Assembly: GCA_963804915.1 (NCBI GenBank)
Contig: CAWDSI010000034.1
Span: 14,675 to 78,674, forward strand
From: an uncultured Acidobacteriota bacterium
GTDB taxonomy: Bacteria > Acidobacteriota > Thermoanaerobaculia > UBA5066 > Gp7-AA6
DNA: 64,000 bases
Direction: 5' to 3'
Part shown: positions 18,359-30,596 of the stretch, piece after piece
How positions within the stretch are numbered: position 1 is the first letter of the stretch
How the letters are laid out: the number at the start of each line of letters is the position of its first letter
Position numbers and translations under genes: made by a program
Notes under the pieces: model-generated
What the model was told of the DNA's origin: nothing
Databases searched by the model: none
What the model saw: the letters and a program-made list of their open reading frames with translations, nothing else

Positions 18359-19803
18359 ATGAGAAGGGCATGGGCCGCTCGCGGCGGCGCTCACGATCGG
18401 GCTATGCATGAACGGGGCAGGCCAGGAGTCCGACAAGAAGTCCGAGGGCTTCTGGGCTTCCAAGAAGTCGGCCTGGGTCGGGCTCCCGGCGGCGCAGAAG
18501 GATCAGGTCTTCAAGTTCGCCGAGGACTACAAGGCCTACCTCGCTGTCGCGCGCACGGCGGACACGTCGACGCGTGAGGTCATCCGGCTCGCGAAGGCGG
18601 CCGGGTTCTCCGAGTTCAAGGACGCCGGCCAGGTGAAGTCCGGCGCGAAGCTCTGGATCAACGGGAGGGACCGCGCGCTGATCCTCGTCGTCGTCGGATC
18701 GGATCCGATCGTCTCGGGCTCCCGGCTCGTCGGCACCCACCACGACAGCCCGCACATCGATCTCAAGGCCCGGCCTCTCTATGCTGTCGGGCGGGTTCGC
18801 TCTCTTCAACACGGTCTACTACGGCGGAATCAAGAAGTACCAGTGGGCGAACCGGCCGCTCGGCCTGATCGGCCGCGTCGACACGACCGAGGGCAAGCGG
18901 ATCGACGTCTCGATCGGCTTCAAGGAGGGCGATCCCGTCTTCGTGATCGCCGACAACGCGCCCCACTCGGACAAGCCGCTGCGCGAGCGCAAGTACCAGG
19001 ATGTCCTCTCGGGCGAAGAGCTGGATCCCGTCGCGGGCAGCATCCCGGGAGCCGACGCCTCGGTCCTCGCCCAGGTCACGGCGACGCTGACCTCGACGTA
19101 CGGGATCACCGAGCAGGACTTCGTCTCCTCGGAGCTCGCCCTGGTGCCCTCGGCGCCGCCGCAGGACGTGGGCATCGACCGCGGGCTCGTGGGCGCGTAC
19201 GGCCAGGACGACCGGCTCTCCTCTTACTGCGCGGCGCGCGCGGTGCTCGATCTGTCCGGAACGCCGAAGAAGACGGCGCTGGCGTACCTCTCGAACTTCG
19301 AAGAGGAAGGGTCGGTCAACAACACCGGCGCGGCCTCGCAGTTCTACAACAACGTGCTCGCGAAGCTCGTCGCCGCGGAGCGTGCCGACAAGTACACCGA
19401 CCTCGACCTCCGCGAAGCGCTGCGGCGGTCGGAGGTCATCTCCGCCGACGTCAACGACGGCATCAACCCCATCTTCACGAGCCAGACGAGCGAGGCCACG
19501 AACGCGGCGCGCCTCGGCTACGGCGTGACGATCAAGAAGTACGGCGCGGGCTTCGACGCCAACTCCGAGTTCACCGCGCGCATTCGCGGCATCCTCGACA
19601 AGGGCGGCATCGCCTGGCAGACCCAGACGCCGAAGGTGGAAGGGTATTCCGGCGGCACGATCGGCGGCTTCCTCTCCGCGTGGGACATGGAAGTCATCGA
19701 CATCGGCGTGCCGCTGCTCTCGATGCACTCGCCCTTCGAGATGTCGTCGAAGGTCGACGTGTGGAGCTTCTACCGGCTCATGTCGGCGTTCTACGGCTCC
19801 TGA
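18359..19803 (+). CDS. M18 family aminopeptidase; frameshifts near 18375 and 18785
   Basis: GTHHDSPHIDLK, YYGGIKKYQW, YGQDDR, FEEEGS, ISADV, GGTIG, LLSMHSPFE. Confidence 0.85.
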
Positions 19804-19810
19804 TCACGAG

Positions 19811-21338
19811 TTACTTCCAGTCGGCGGGCCGCTCACCGATCGGGCCGTGGCCGCAGCCGAGGCGGGCGGTGGCTTCCGGTTTCCACGCGGGAAGCGGATG
19901 CGTCTCGGCCGCGTCGGCCGGCAGGGAGCCGGCGTTCGAGAGATCCCAGAGGACAGCCTCCGCGCCTTTTGCACGGAGCGCCTCCTTCCGGCTTCCCATC
20001 CGACTGAGGTACCCGTCCACGATCTCGGCCTCGAACAGCTCTCTGTAGACGTGAGTTCGGACGACCCAGACGCGGGGTCGGCCACGGAAAGCGTCGAGCT
20101 CGCGGAGATAGCGGCGCGGCTCGCCACGGTGACAGCGACCGAACGAAGCGCCGTCGAGACCCAGGGCCACGCGCGGCCCGTAGAAGCGATAGGCCGGCTC
20201 GGCGGCGTAGTACACGTAGATCTCGTCGCCCGGAAGCCGGCGGCGCGCCAGGTCCGCGAGGACGGGGCGCATCTCTTCGGACCGATGAGGAGGCAGGTCG
20301 CGGACGACGATCGCGGCCAGGGCGAGCGCCGGAAGCGCCCATGCGACAGGGCGGGGGACGCGGATCCTCTCGAGCCCCTCGACGAGCCGGCCGGAACACT
20401 CGGCGACGGCCAGCGCCCAGACCGGCGTCAGGAACAGGATCGCCCGTCCGGAAAACGGGTAGAGATGGGTCCCGGCGGCCAGCAGCGTCACGGCCACCGG
20501 ACCGAGCAGGAGGATCGCCGCCCGCCGGCTGCGGATCCAGAGAGCGAGTCCGGCGACGACCAGCAGAAGCCATGTCGTCGCCGATGGGAGCGACGGCTCC
20601 CAGACGCGATCGAAGTACTCGCGCATGGCGGGTGGAACTCGAGCGAGGCCGGTGGCGACCGCCGCGCCCGCGCTCGCCGTCCAGACGGCAACGACGGCGA
20701 TGAGTCGCGGAGGCAGGCGCCGCGGGCGACCCGTGAGCGCCAGCACGACCAGGCTCGCGCCGAGTCCGGCCACCATGAACACGGCCGTCTGTGAGAACCA
20801 GACTGCGGCGCCTCCGAAGAGCGCGGCGCGCAGGAATCGGCCGGACGATTCGTCGCCGTCGGTGTCGGCATCGTGATCGGACTCGCCGAGCCCGAACGCG
20901 ATGAGCATGAGCGCCACGGCTGCCGCGACGTCGGTCGAGTACGGCTTGAACTCCGCGCTGTAGCGCACGAGGGTCGGAGCCAGGGAGAAAAGAGCCGTCG
21001 CGAACACCGTAGATCCACGCCGGCTGGAAGCGGCGTGAGAGCCGCGGGAAGAGCGCGAGCGCCAACAGGCCGCTCGCGAGCGGGACCAGGCGGAGGGCCA
21101 TCTCGCTTTCTCCGAAGACGGCCGTCGAAGCTTTGGCGAGCGCGAGGAAGCCCGGTGGCGCGACCTGGTCGAGAGCCAGCGGTTCGCGAAGGAGCGCCGA
21201 GAGCGGCCGGCGCAGAACGTTCTCCGCGAGTGCGATCTCGTCGATCCAGAGAGACGCGTTCGCGAAATACTGCCAGAGGCGAAGGGCCGCCCCGACGATG
21301 ACCAGGGCGGTCACTGCCACCCTCGCGCTGCGGGGCAT
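19811..21338 (-). CDS. Multi-TM glycosyltransferase-like membrane protein (GT-C/PMT-like); frameshift near 21010
   Basis: ASLWIDE, APPGFL, EMALRLVPLASG, YSAEFKPYS. Confidence 0.6.
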
Positions 21339-21360
21339 CGCTCGTCGCTCGTGGACGAGC

Positions 21361-22067
21361 TCATGGCGGCGTTCTTCGCGTCGTGAGAGCGGCCAGCGCG
21401 CCCGCGTAGTCCTCGGGCAGCGGCGCCGAGACGTCGAGGCCGAGCTCCTCGATGACGATGCGCTCGGCATGGAGGAGGGGCCGCGTGACGGCGGCGAGGG
21501 CGCGTCGCCGCCCGGGGTCGCGCACGCCGCGCCAGCGCGTCGCGCCGCCGTAGAGATCGTCGCCGACGATCGGGTGCCCGTGCGCGGTGAGATGCACGCG
21601 GATCTGGTGCGTGCGGCCGGTCTCCGGGAAGAGGCGCAGGTCGGCGATCGAGGGAAGACGCGCCAAAGACTCGTAGCGCGTGACGGCGGCTTTTCCCTCA
21701 GCGCGGACGACCTTCATCTTCCGCCCGTCCTTCGGGTCGCGGCCCAGCGGAGTCTTCGTAGACGCCGCGCGCGGGCACGGGATGTCCCCAGACGAGCGCC
21801 CGGTAGGTCTTCTTCGCCACGCGGGATTGAAACGCGCGCGAGAGCGCGCGGTGCGCCTCGTCGCTCTTCGCGAGGAGCACGACGCCCGATGTGCCGACGT
21901 CCAGCCGGTGCACGAGGAGAAGCGGCTCGCCGGGATCCTCGCCGCAGGCCTCCAGGAGCCTTGCGACCACCCGCGCCGCCGACTTGTCTTCGCGCGTCGA
22001 GGTCGCCATCGAGACGCCCGCCGGCTTGTCGAGCGCGACGACGAGGTCGTTCTCGAAGCAGCTTCAC
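21361..22067 (-). CDS. RluA family RNA pseudouridine synthase; frameshifted
   Basis: Catalytic HRLDVGTSG, KTYRALV, TGRTHQIRVH, GHPIVGDDLYG, spread over ORFs 21698..22009 and 21361..21717. Confidence 0.88.
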
Positions 22068-22963
22068 CGCTCGAACCGGTCGTACACCATCCGCGCGAGC
22101 TCGGCGCCCAGGACGAACGTCTCGTTGTCGGCGCTCGCGCGTTTGTCCTGGATGCGGCGCGCGCAGATGGCGAGCACGAACCGCGCCTTCGGCCCCTTGA
22201 CGTACGCCGCGTCGTTGCGGACGTCGCCTTTGAAACCCTTCGCGTCGGGATTCTTTTCCTCGTCCCAGCCGGTCTTGTTGGCGACGAGGATGTCGCCTTT
22301 GTCGAACGGCAGCGAGCGCGGGATCATGGCGCGGTCCTGTTGCATCGCGAGGAGAGCGATCATCTCGTCGCAGGCCTTGCGCGAGACGACCTTGCCCTGG
22401 GCGATGAGCTCCATGAGCGTCGCGGCTTCGCGCGGCGTCGTGGAGCCGAGGCCGTACTCTTTCTCTTCCTCGGGCAGAACGTCGGCGTGGCCGTCCCGGA
22501 ACGTCGGGCGGTAGAGGCGCGTCTTCGTCAGTCCGAGGGAGTCCAGGAGCGCGTCGACGTTCTTCGTGCCGACCTTCGCGACGAGGAGGTTCGTGGCCGT
22601 GTTGTCGCTGTAAGCGATCATGAACTTCAAGAGATCCGAGACCGTCAGGACCGTCCCGTCATGGAGCATGTTGAGCGGGACGGTCTCGTCGCCGGCCTTG
22701 TCCGAGTCGTGGAGAGTCACCGGCGTGTCCTTGCCGAACTTGCCCGCGCCCATCTGCCGGTACACCTCGGCCATCACGGCGACCTTGATGAGGCTCGCGG
22801 TCGGAAAGCGCTGGTCGGCGTTCACGGCGAAGACCTCGCCGGTGTCGAGATTCTTCGCATACACACCCATCTCGCCGTGGAAGGCGCGAACCCTCGCCGC
22901 CAGCTCGCTCTCGAAGGCGGCGGAGCTGGAGGTCACTGCGAGCATCGCGAACACGAAGGCCAT
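22064..22963 (-). CDS. Exported serine hydrolase with a class A beta-lactamase fold
   Basis: SxxK (TASLIK), SDN, KTG; signal peptide. Confidence 0.8.
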   Translation of the reverse strand: MAFVFAMLAVTSSSAAFESELAARVRAFHGEMGVYAKNLDTGEVFAVNADQRFPTASLIKVAVMAEVYRQMGAGKFGKDTPVTLHDSDKAGDETVPLNMLHDGTVLTVSDLLKFMIAYSDNTATNLLVAKVGTKNVDALLDSLGLTKTRLYRPTFRDGHADVLPEEEKEYGLGSTTPREAATLMELIAQGKVVSRKACDEMIALLAMQQDRAMIPRSLPFDKGDILVANKTGWDEEKNPDAKGFKGDVRNDAAYVKGPKARFVLAICARRIQDKRASADNETFVLGAELARMVYDRFER

Positions 22964-23020
22964 CGGCCGCAGATGCTATCGCGCGCGATAAGCTCCGCCC
23001 GACATTTCAGAAGGAGACTC

Positions 23021-24592
23021 ATGAAGAGGATGCTCGCGGCCGGGATCCTGGCTTGTCTCGTGAGCGCCGGACTCCGGGCCCAGGAAAAAAGCGCTCAGGA
23101 AAAAAGTGCCCAGGAGAAAAGTGCCCAGGAGAAGACCGGAGCGGAAGCCGCCAAGAAAGAGCCGCCCAGGGCCGAACAGTCGATCACGCAGCACACGGCG
23201 GTGATCGGCGGGTCTCCCGTCTCGTTCACCGCGACGGCGGGCACGCTCATCGTGCGCAACGACAAGGACGAGCCGTGGGCGAGCATGGGATACGTCGGCT
23301 ACGTCCGGAAAGACGCCAGCACCGCGTCACGCCGCCCGATCGCGTTCTGCTACAACGGAGGCCCCGGCTCCTCCTCGATCTGGCTGCACATGGGAGCGCT
23401 CGGCCCGAAGCGCGTCGTCGTCGCGGACGCCGCCACGACGCCCCCGCCTCCGTACCAGGTCGTCGACAACGCCTACAGCCTGCTCGATCGGGTCGACATC
23501 GTCCTGATCGACCCCGTCGGCACCGGCGTGAGCAAGCCGGTCGGCGACTTCAAGAACCAGGACTTCTGGGGCGTCGATCCGGACATCGAGTCGGTTTCGC
23601 GCTTCATCAAGCAGTACGTGTCGGACAACGGCCGCTGGAACTCGCCGAAGTACCTGATCGGCGAGAGCTACGGCACGACGCGTTCGGCCGGCGTCGTGGA
23701 CTGGCTCCAGAGCAAGGGCGGGATGGCCTTCAACGGCGTCGTGCTCGTTTCGAACGCGACCGACCTCGGCGCGATCTTCGCGATGCCGGGAGGATCGGAT
23801 CTCCCGTACCCGTTCTTCGTGCCGAGTTACGCCGCGACGGCCTGGTACCACAAGGTGCTGCCGAATCCGCCGCAGGAGCTGGAGCCCTGGCTCACGGAAG
23901 TCCGCAAGTTCGCGGCGGGCGAATTTACGGCGGCGCTCTTCGAGGGAGACCGGCTTTCCGACGATCGGCGCGCGGCCGTCACGAAAAAGCTGAGCGAGTA
24001 CACGGGGCTCTCGGAGGAGTACCTGCGCCTCGCGGATCTGCGTGTGTCGGAGGGCGAATACACGCAACAGCTCTTCCGCCAGAAGCGCATCACGGTCGGG
24101 CGGCTCGACTCGCGCTTCGTCGGCCCGACGGTCGACCCGCTCGCGAAGGAGGCCGAGGCCGATCCGCAATCGGACGCGATCTCGGCGGCGTACACGGCGG
24201 CCTTCCTCGACTGGTACAACGGCTCGTTGAAGTTCGGCGAGGGCAAGTCCTACGTGGTTTCCGCGGAGGCCTGGAAGACCTGGGACTTCCGCCACAAAGT
24301 CCCGGGGCTCCCGTTCCCGAGCCCGACCCTGACGAACACGGGCGTCGATCTCGCGCGTGCGATGGCCGCGAACCCGAACCTGAGCGTCCTCGTCCTCAAC
24401 GGCTACTTCGACCTCGCGACGCCGTTCTTCGCGACCGAGTACATGATGGGACACCTCGGGCTCGAGAAATCGCTCCAGTCCCACATCGAGATGAAGTACT
24501 ACCCGGCCGGCCACATGATGTACGTCAACGAGCCGTCTCTGAAGTCGATGAAGGCGGACATGGCCGACTTCGTCTCGAGGACGTCGAAGTAG
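23021..24592 (+). CDS. Secreted S10 family serine carboxypeptidase-like peptidase
   Basis: ATG 23021 after AAGGAG; signal peptide; NGGPGSSS, IDPVGTG, nucleophile GESYG, YPAGHMMY. Confidence 0.88.
   Translation: MKRMLAAGILACLVSAGLRAQEKSAQEKSAQEKSAQEKTGAEAAKKEPPRAEQSITQHTAVIGGSPVSFTATAGTLIVRNDKDEPWASMGYVGYVRKDASTASRRPIAFCYNGGPGSSSIWLHMGALGPKRVVVADAATTPPPPYQVVDNAYSLLDRVDIVLIDPVGTGVSKPVGDFKNQDFWGVDPDIESVSRFIKQYVSDNGRWNSPKYLIGESYGTTRSAGVVDWLQSKGGMAFNGVVLVSNATDLGAIFAMPGGSDLPYPFFVPSYAATAWYHKVLPNPPQELEPWLTEVRKFAAGEFTAALFEGDRLSDDRRAAVTKKLSEYTGLSEEYLRLADLRVSEGEYTQQLFRQKRITVGRLDSRFVGPTVDPLAKEAEADPQSDAISAAYTAAFLDWYNGSLKFGEGKSYVVSAEAWKTWDFRHKVPGLPFPSPTLTNTGVDLARAMAANPNLSVLVLNGYFDLATPFFATEYMMGHLGLEKSLQSHIEMKYYPAGHMMYVNEPSLKSMKADMADFVSRTSK
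23081..23140 (+). repeat. 15-bp tandem repeat, 4 degenerate units, encoding QEKSA-QEKSA-QEKSA-QEKTG
   Basis: caggaaaaaagcgct caggaaaaaagtgcc caggagaaaagtgcc caggagaagaccgga. Confidence 0.8.
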
Positions 24593-24622
24593 CGCGCCGC
24601 CGGGTGTAGGCTCCAATCCGGG

Positions 24623-27339
24623 TTGACCCTGACCGCGGGCTCGCGCCTCGGCCCTACGAGATCCTCTCGCCCATCGGCGCCGGTGGGATGGGGGAGGTCT
24701 ACAAGGCGCGGGACACGCGGCTCGACCGCGTCGTCGCGATCAAGGTGCTGCCCGAGAAGTCGATGCCGTCCGCCGAGGCGCGCCAGCGCTTCGAGCGCGA
24801 GGCGAAGACGATCTCGCAGCTCTCCCATCCGCACATCTGCACGCTCTACGACGTCGGACGAGAGGACGACGATCGAGTACCTGGTCATGGAATACATCGA
24901 GGGGGACACGCTCGGCGAGCGACTGGCGAACGGTCCTCTGCCGCTCGAGCAGACGCTGCGCTACGGCATCGAGATCGCGGACGCGCTCGATCGGGCGCAC
25001 CGGCAGGGCATCGTGCATCGCGACCTGAAGCCCGGCAACGTGATGCTGACGCACGGCGGGAGTCAAGCTTCTCGACTTCGGTCTGGCGCGGGATTTCGCG
25101 GCGCTCGTCCTCCGGACCGGCCGCGTTTACCGGTCTGCCGACGGCAGCGCCGAACCTGACGCAGGAAGGCATCGATCCTCGGCACCTTCCAGTACATGGC
25201 GCCCGAGCAGCTCGAGGGCAAGACGCGCGACGCGCGGACGGACATCTTCGCGTTCGGCGCGCGTGCTCTACGAGATGGCGACCGGCAAGAAGGCGTTTAC
25301 GGGACGCGTCCAGGCCTCGCTCATCTCGTCGATCATGAAAGAGGAGCCGTCGCCGATCTCGACGCTCTCGCCGATGAGCCCGCCGGCGCTCGACCGCGTC
25401 GTGCGGACCTGTCTCGCCAAGGATCCCGACGACCGCTGGCAGACCGCGCGCGACGTCGGGCTCCAGCTTCAGGGGATCCGGGACGACCGGTCGGCGTCGC
25501 AGCCCGCCGTTCTGCCCGCTCCGGGGCGCCGGCGGCGGACCGCGCTGCTGCCGTGGCTCCTCGCCGCCGCGAGCCTGGTGCTCGCCGTTTTCGGATGGAC
25601 GCATCGTCCACCGCCAGGTCCCGGCCTTCCCGTGCTGCGCACCTATCTTCCGCCGCCGCCCAACGCCAGCTTCCACGCCCTCGGCGCGAACGTCGGGGGC
25701 ATGGCACTCTCTCTCGACGGTCGCCGACTCGCGTTCGCCGCGCACGAGACGGACGGCATGCACCGGCTGTGGGTCCGGGACATGGACGCGCTCGAGCCGT
25801 ACGCCGTGCCGGGGGGAGAGGAGGCCATCTTTCCCTTCTGGTCGCCGGATGGCCGATCGATCGGTTTCTTCGCCCGGGGGAGGCTCAAAGTGGTCGAGGC
25901 GTCTCCCAATCCGCCTCCGGCGCGCGAGCTCGCGGACGTGCTCGAGGCGCGAGGAGGGAGCTGGGGAGCGGACGGGATCATCGTCTACTCGCCGCAGAAC
26001 TATCGTGGGCTCTGGCGCGTTCCCGCGGCCGGGGGCACGCCGGCGCCGGTGACCGAGCTCGACAAGACTCGCGGCGAGACGTCGCACCGGTGGCCCGTTT
26101 TCCTGCCGGGAGGCCGGCGCTTCCTCTACATGGCCCGATCGGCCGACCCCAAGGCGCTGATCGAGGTTCGCAACGCGATCATGGTGGGCTCGCTCGACGG
26201 GGAGAAGGCGCGCGAGGTGATCCCGGCGTCCATCGGGGCAACTCGGACGATCTATGCGCGTCCGGGGTATCTGCTGTTCCGGCGGGCGGGCAACCTGATG
26301 GCCCTCCCGTTCGATCTCCGGACGCTCACGAGCTCGGGGGAGCCCCTGCTCGTGGCGAAGGACATCCAGGGATTCTCCGCGACGGGCCTGGCGGTCTTCG
26401 ACGTATCCGACGACTTGCTCGTCTACTCGACGCGCGTCTCGGATCCCCCGACGCGTCTGTCCCTGGTCGATCGCTCGGGCAAGGAGCTTTCGACGCTCAT
26501 GTCCGAGGGATTGCTGATCCAGCTTGCCCTGGCGAGAGATGGCCGGACTGTCGCGGTCGCGAGAGTCGAGGAGCCTCTCCCTCCCGACCTCTGGCTCTCC
26601 GAGATCGGCGTCGGCCGGGAAATCCGCCTCATCCGCGACTCGATTCCGCAGGTTGCCCCCGTCTTTCAACCCGACGGGAAGCGTCTCTTCTACTCGTCGC
26701 TGTCGAACGGTCCCTGGGACATCTGGGAGATGCCGCTGCCCGGCGGGAAGGATCCCAAGCCGTTTCTGGAGTCGGAGACCACGAAGACGTGCTACGACAC
26801 CTCGCCCGACGGCCGCTGGCTCCTCGTACCGGGAGTTCAACCCGGGAACGCGCGGCGATCTGAAGTACGTGGCGCTCGAGGGGGATCGAACGCCCCACAC
26901 CTACATTGCCACGGCCGACGACGAGACCCACGGCGCGTTCTCTCCCGACGGGAATTGGGTGGCCTACGTGTCCGACGACTCGGGCCGCAAAGAGGTCTAC
27001 GTCGCCTCCTTCCCCGATCCCGTGCGGCGGTTTCGGGTCTCCTCGGGAGGCGCCATGCAGCCGCGCTGGAGCCGGGACGGCAAGGAGCTCTACTACATCC
27101 AGGCGAGCCAGATGATGGCGTCGGTCATCGGGCGGCATGGCGACGATCTGACGTTCGGGCAAGGTCAGCCACTCTTCACGATGGCCTTCTTTGCGCGGAT
27201 GAATCCCGGATTCGACCTCATCGCCCCATACGACGTCACGCCCGACGGAAAATTCGTCGTTTTCCTGAGGGCGTCGGAGGGCTCGAACCCTCCGCTGGTC
27301 GTGCTGCAGAACTGGAGAGCGGGCCTGAAGAAGCCGTGA
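24623..27339 (+). CDS. K1: Ser/Thr kinase - TM - TolB/PD40 beta-propeller; multiple frameshifts
   Basis: [24 protein letters not shown]; TM helix; repeated WSPDG/SPDG; ends QNWRAGLKKP. Confidence 0.88.
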
Positions 27340-27357
27340 GGTAGGCTTCTCTCAACT

Positions 27358-30034
27358 TTGACCCTTTCGACAGGTTCACGTCTCGGACCCTACGAGATCC
27401 TCGCGCCGATCGGCGCCGGCGGGATGGGAGAGGTCTACAAGGCGAAGGACACGCGGCTCGAGCGCACCGTCGCCATCAAGGTGCTGCCGCAGCATCTGTC
27501 CGCCTCGGCCGAGGTGCGCCAGCGGTTCGAGCGCGAGGCGAAGACGATCTCGCAGCTCTCGCATCCCCACATCTGCGCGCTCTACGACGTCGGCAACCAG
27601 GACGGGATCGAGTACCTGGTGATGGAGCTGCTCGAAGGCGAGACGCTGTCGGATCGGCTGGCGAAAGGCTCGCTCCCTCTGTCGCACACGCTGCGCTTCG
27701 GCGTCGAGATCGCCGATGCGCTCGACAAGGCGCACCGGCAGGGGATCGTGCACCGGGACCTGAAGCCGGGCAACGTCATGCTGACGAAGTCGGGCGTGAA
27801 GCTGCTCGACTTCGGCCTCGCCAAGGCGATGGCGCCGGCCGCTCCGCCCTCGGGCGCGACGTCGCTGCCGACCGTCATGGGCAAGGGCGGCGAGAACCTC
27901 ACGCAGGAGGGGACGATCCTCGGGACGTTCCAGTACATGTCGCCGGAGCAGCTCGAGGGCAAGGAGGCCGACGGGCGGACCGACATCTTCGCGTTCGGCT
28001 GCGTGCTCTACGAGATGGCGACCGGCCGGAAGGCGTTCACGGGCTCCTCGCAGGCTTCGCTGATCTCCTCGATCATGAAGGAGGAGCCGGCGCCGGTTTC
28101 GGTGGTGCTCGCCGACTTCGCCGCCGGCGCTCGACCGCGTCATCCGGAAGGCGCTCTCGAAGGATCCCGAAGATCGCTGGCAGAGCGCGGGCGATCTCGG
28201 CAGCGAGCTGAAATGGATCGGCGAGGGCGGCTCGGCGAGCGGCATCGCCGCGCCGGCGCTTCCGGCGCGGCGGAAGCGGCTCGCGTGGTTGCCGTGGGCC
28301 GCGGCGCTCCTGCTCGCGGCGGGCGCGTTCGCCGTGGGCCTCCGGGCTCGCCGCGCCCCCGAGGCCTCCGTCACGCGCTCTTCGATCGAGCTTCCGCCCG
28401 AGATGGATCTGGATCGCTGGACTTCGCCCGCGATCTCGCCCGACGGCTCGACGCTCGTCTTCGCCGCGACGGGATCCGACCGGAAGCGCCAGCTCTGGGT
28501 TCGCCGGATGGACGGTTTCGCCGTGCAGCCGCTCGCCGGAACGGACGACGCCATGGGCCCGTTCTGGTCTCCCGACGGCCGCTCGATCGGGTTCTTCGCG
28601 GACCGCAAGCTCAAGCGCATCCCGTCCGCGGGCGGCGCGGTTCAGACGATCTGCGACGCGTCGGACGGCCGCGGAGCGCTCGTGGAGCGTCGACGACGTC
28701 ATCGTCTTTGCGCCGGCGCTCCTTCGGAGGTCTGTTCGCAGGTCGCCGGCCACGGGCGGCGCCCCGGTGGCCGTCACGCGCGTGGAGGGCCAGGGCCGGA
28801 CGAATCGCCTTCCGTGGTTTCTGCCGGACGGCAAGCATCTGCTCTATCTGGCTGGCACGCAGACCTCGGACGTCGACAAGCACACATCGATCCAGGTGCT
28901 CGACCTCGCGACCGGCAAGTCCACGCTCGTGGCCCGGGAAAGCAGCGAGGGACGCTTCGTCGAGCCCGGGTACCTCGTCGTTCGTGCGCGAGGGCAACCT
29001 TCTCGCGCAGCCGTTCGACCGCAAGACGCTGAAGACGACGGGCCCGGCGGTTCCGATCGCGGAAGGCGTGGCCTTCGAGGCGTTTCGCTGGGTCGGAAAG
29101 TTCGCGATCTCGAACACGGGGAGGCTCGTGTACCAGAGCAACGAGGCCATTCGACGAAGAGCCGGCTGACGTGGTTCGACCTCGACGGCAAGCCGCTCGG
29201 CAGCGTGGGCGAAGCGGCGAACTTCTTTACGGTCGCTCTGTCGCCGGATTCGCAGCGCGTCGTGGCGACCGTGCTCGGCGACAAGAACCACGCGGCCCGA
29301 GATTCGCCTCTACGATCTCGAGCGCGGCGTCGGATCCCGGTTCACGTTCGGCGAACAGGGCGCGAACTTCCCGTCCTGGTCGCCGGACGGACAATCGATC
29401 GCATATGGCGATCCCGGGCTCCGGCGTTCGCGTCAAGGCCGCCGACGGGAGCTCGGAGTCGAAGCTGATCCTCGCCGAGAAGACCAACATCTGGCCGCTC
29501 TCCTGGTCGGCCGACGGAAAGCGGATGCTGCTCCGGATTCAGGACAACCAGAGGCGGAGGCGTCGAGCTCTGGGATCTGCCTCTGGAGGGCGAAACGAAG
29601 CGGCGTCAGCTCTTCCCGACGGATCCGGACGAGCTCGAGAACGGCTCGATCTCGCCGGACGGGAAGTGGCTCCTCTACGTCTCGAACGAAACCGGGCGCC
29701 GCGAGGTCTACGTCGTGCCCTACCCGTCGCTCGGCGAGAAGCGGCAGGTGTCGACGGCGGGCGCCGACTCCGGAATATGGCTCGGCGACAAGGCGATCGT
29801 CTACGAGCAGCCGCCCGACGGCCGGCTCTTCGCGGTCGACGTCGACACCGAGGGCGGGGGACTGCGCCTCGGCGCGCCTCGACCGATCTTCGGCGGCAAG
29901 CCGCCTCCGCGCGGTCCCGTTCGACGCGACGCGCGACGGAAAGCGGCTCCTCTTCGCGGTCCCGGACGAGAGACGCTGCGTCGGCGCAGATTCGGTTCGT
30001 CTCCGACTGGCGCGCCGACCTCGTGAAGAAGTGA
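27358..30034 (+). CDS. K2: Ser/Thr kinase - TM - TolB/PD40 beta-propeller; multiple frameshifts
   Basis: [31 protein letters not shown]; SPDG repeats; ends SDWRADLVKK. Confidence 0.9.
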
Positions 30035-30048
30035 GGCCCGGAGGTCGT

Positions 30049-30546
30049 CTAGCTCCAGTCGACCCGAATCGCCGGCGGCTTCGACAGCGTCTGCATGACG
30101 ACGCAGTACTGCTCGGTCTTCTCGGCCAGCGCGCGGAGCTGATCCGGCGTCGCGTCCGGCGCATCGACGTCGAACTTCAAACGGATCGACTCGAAGCCGA
30201 CCGGAACCTCCTTCGAGATGCCGAGCGTGCCGGAGAGATCGAGATCGCCGTCGACCGTCACCGCGATCGATTTCGTCGGGATGCCCATCGCCGTGGCCAC
30301 CATCTGGCACGTCACCTGCGCGCACGCGGCGAGCGCGCCGAGGAGCAGGTCGCCCGAGCACGCTCCGGTCCCCGCGCCGCCGACGCCCGCGTGCGCCTGC
30401 GCCTCGTAGACCGCGCGGCCGATGTCCACGGAGCAGGCGATCGGCGCGCCGGATTCGCCGCCCTTCGCGGTCAGAGTGATGCGGGAGGCCTTCGGGTCGG
30501 CCCGGTATTTGTCCTTGAGGGGTTTCTGAAGGGAACGCAGGTCCAT
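30049..30546 (-). CDS. OsmC family protein
   Basis: Two conserved Cys motifs: [17 protein letters not shown] and [11 protein letters not shown]. Confidence 0.85.
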   Translation of the reverse strand: MDLRSLQKPLKDKYRADPKASRITLTAKGGESGAPIACSVDIGRAVYEAQAHAGVGGAGTGACSGDLLLGALAACAQVTCQMVATAMGIPTKSIAVTVDGDLDLSGTLGISKEVPVGFESIRLKFDVDAPDATPDQLRALAEKTEQYCVVMQTLSKPPAIRVDWS

Positions 30547-30596
30547 GGAGCCTCCGCGCGGATTCTACGCGGACGTCCGTTGTACTCTCTGCGGCC

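Noticed and set aside
22064-22963. Class A beta-lactamase resistance gene
   Set aside because: SxxK, SDN and KTG are present, but the omega-loop ExxLN (Glu166) is not evident (RLYRPTFRDG). Called only a serine hydrolase.
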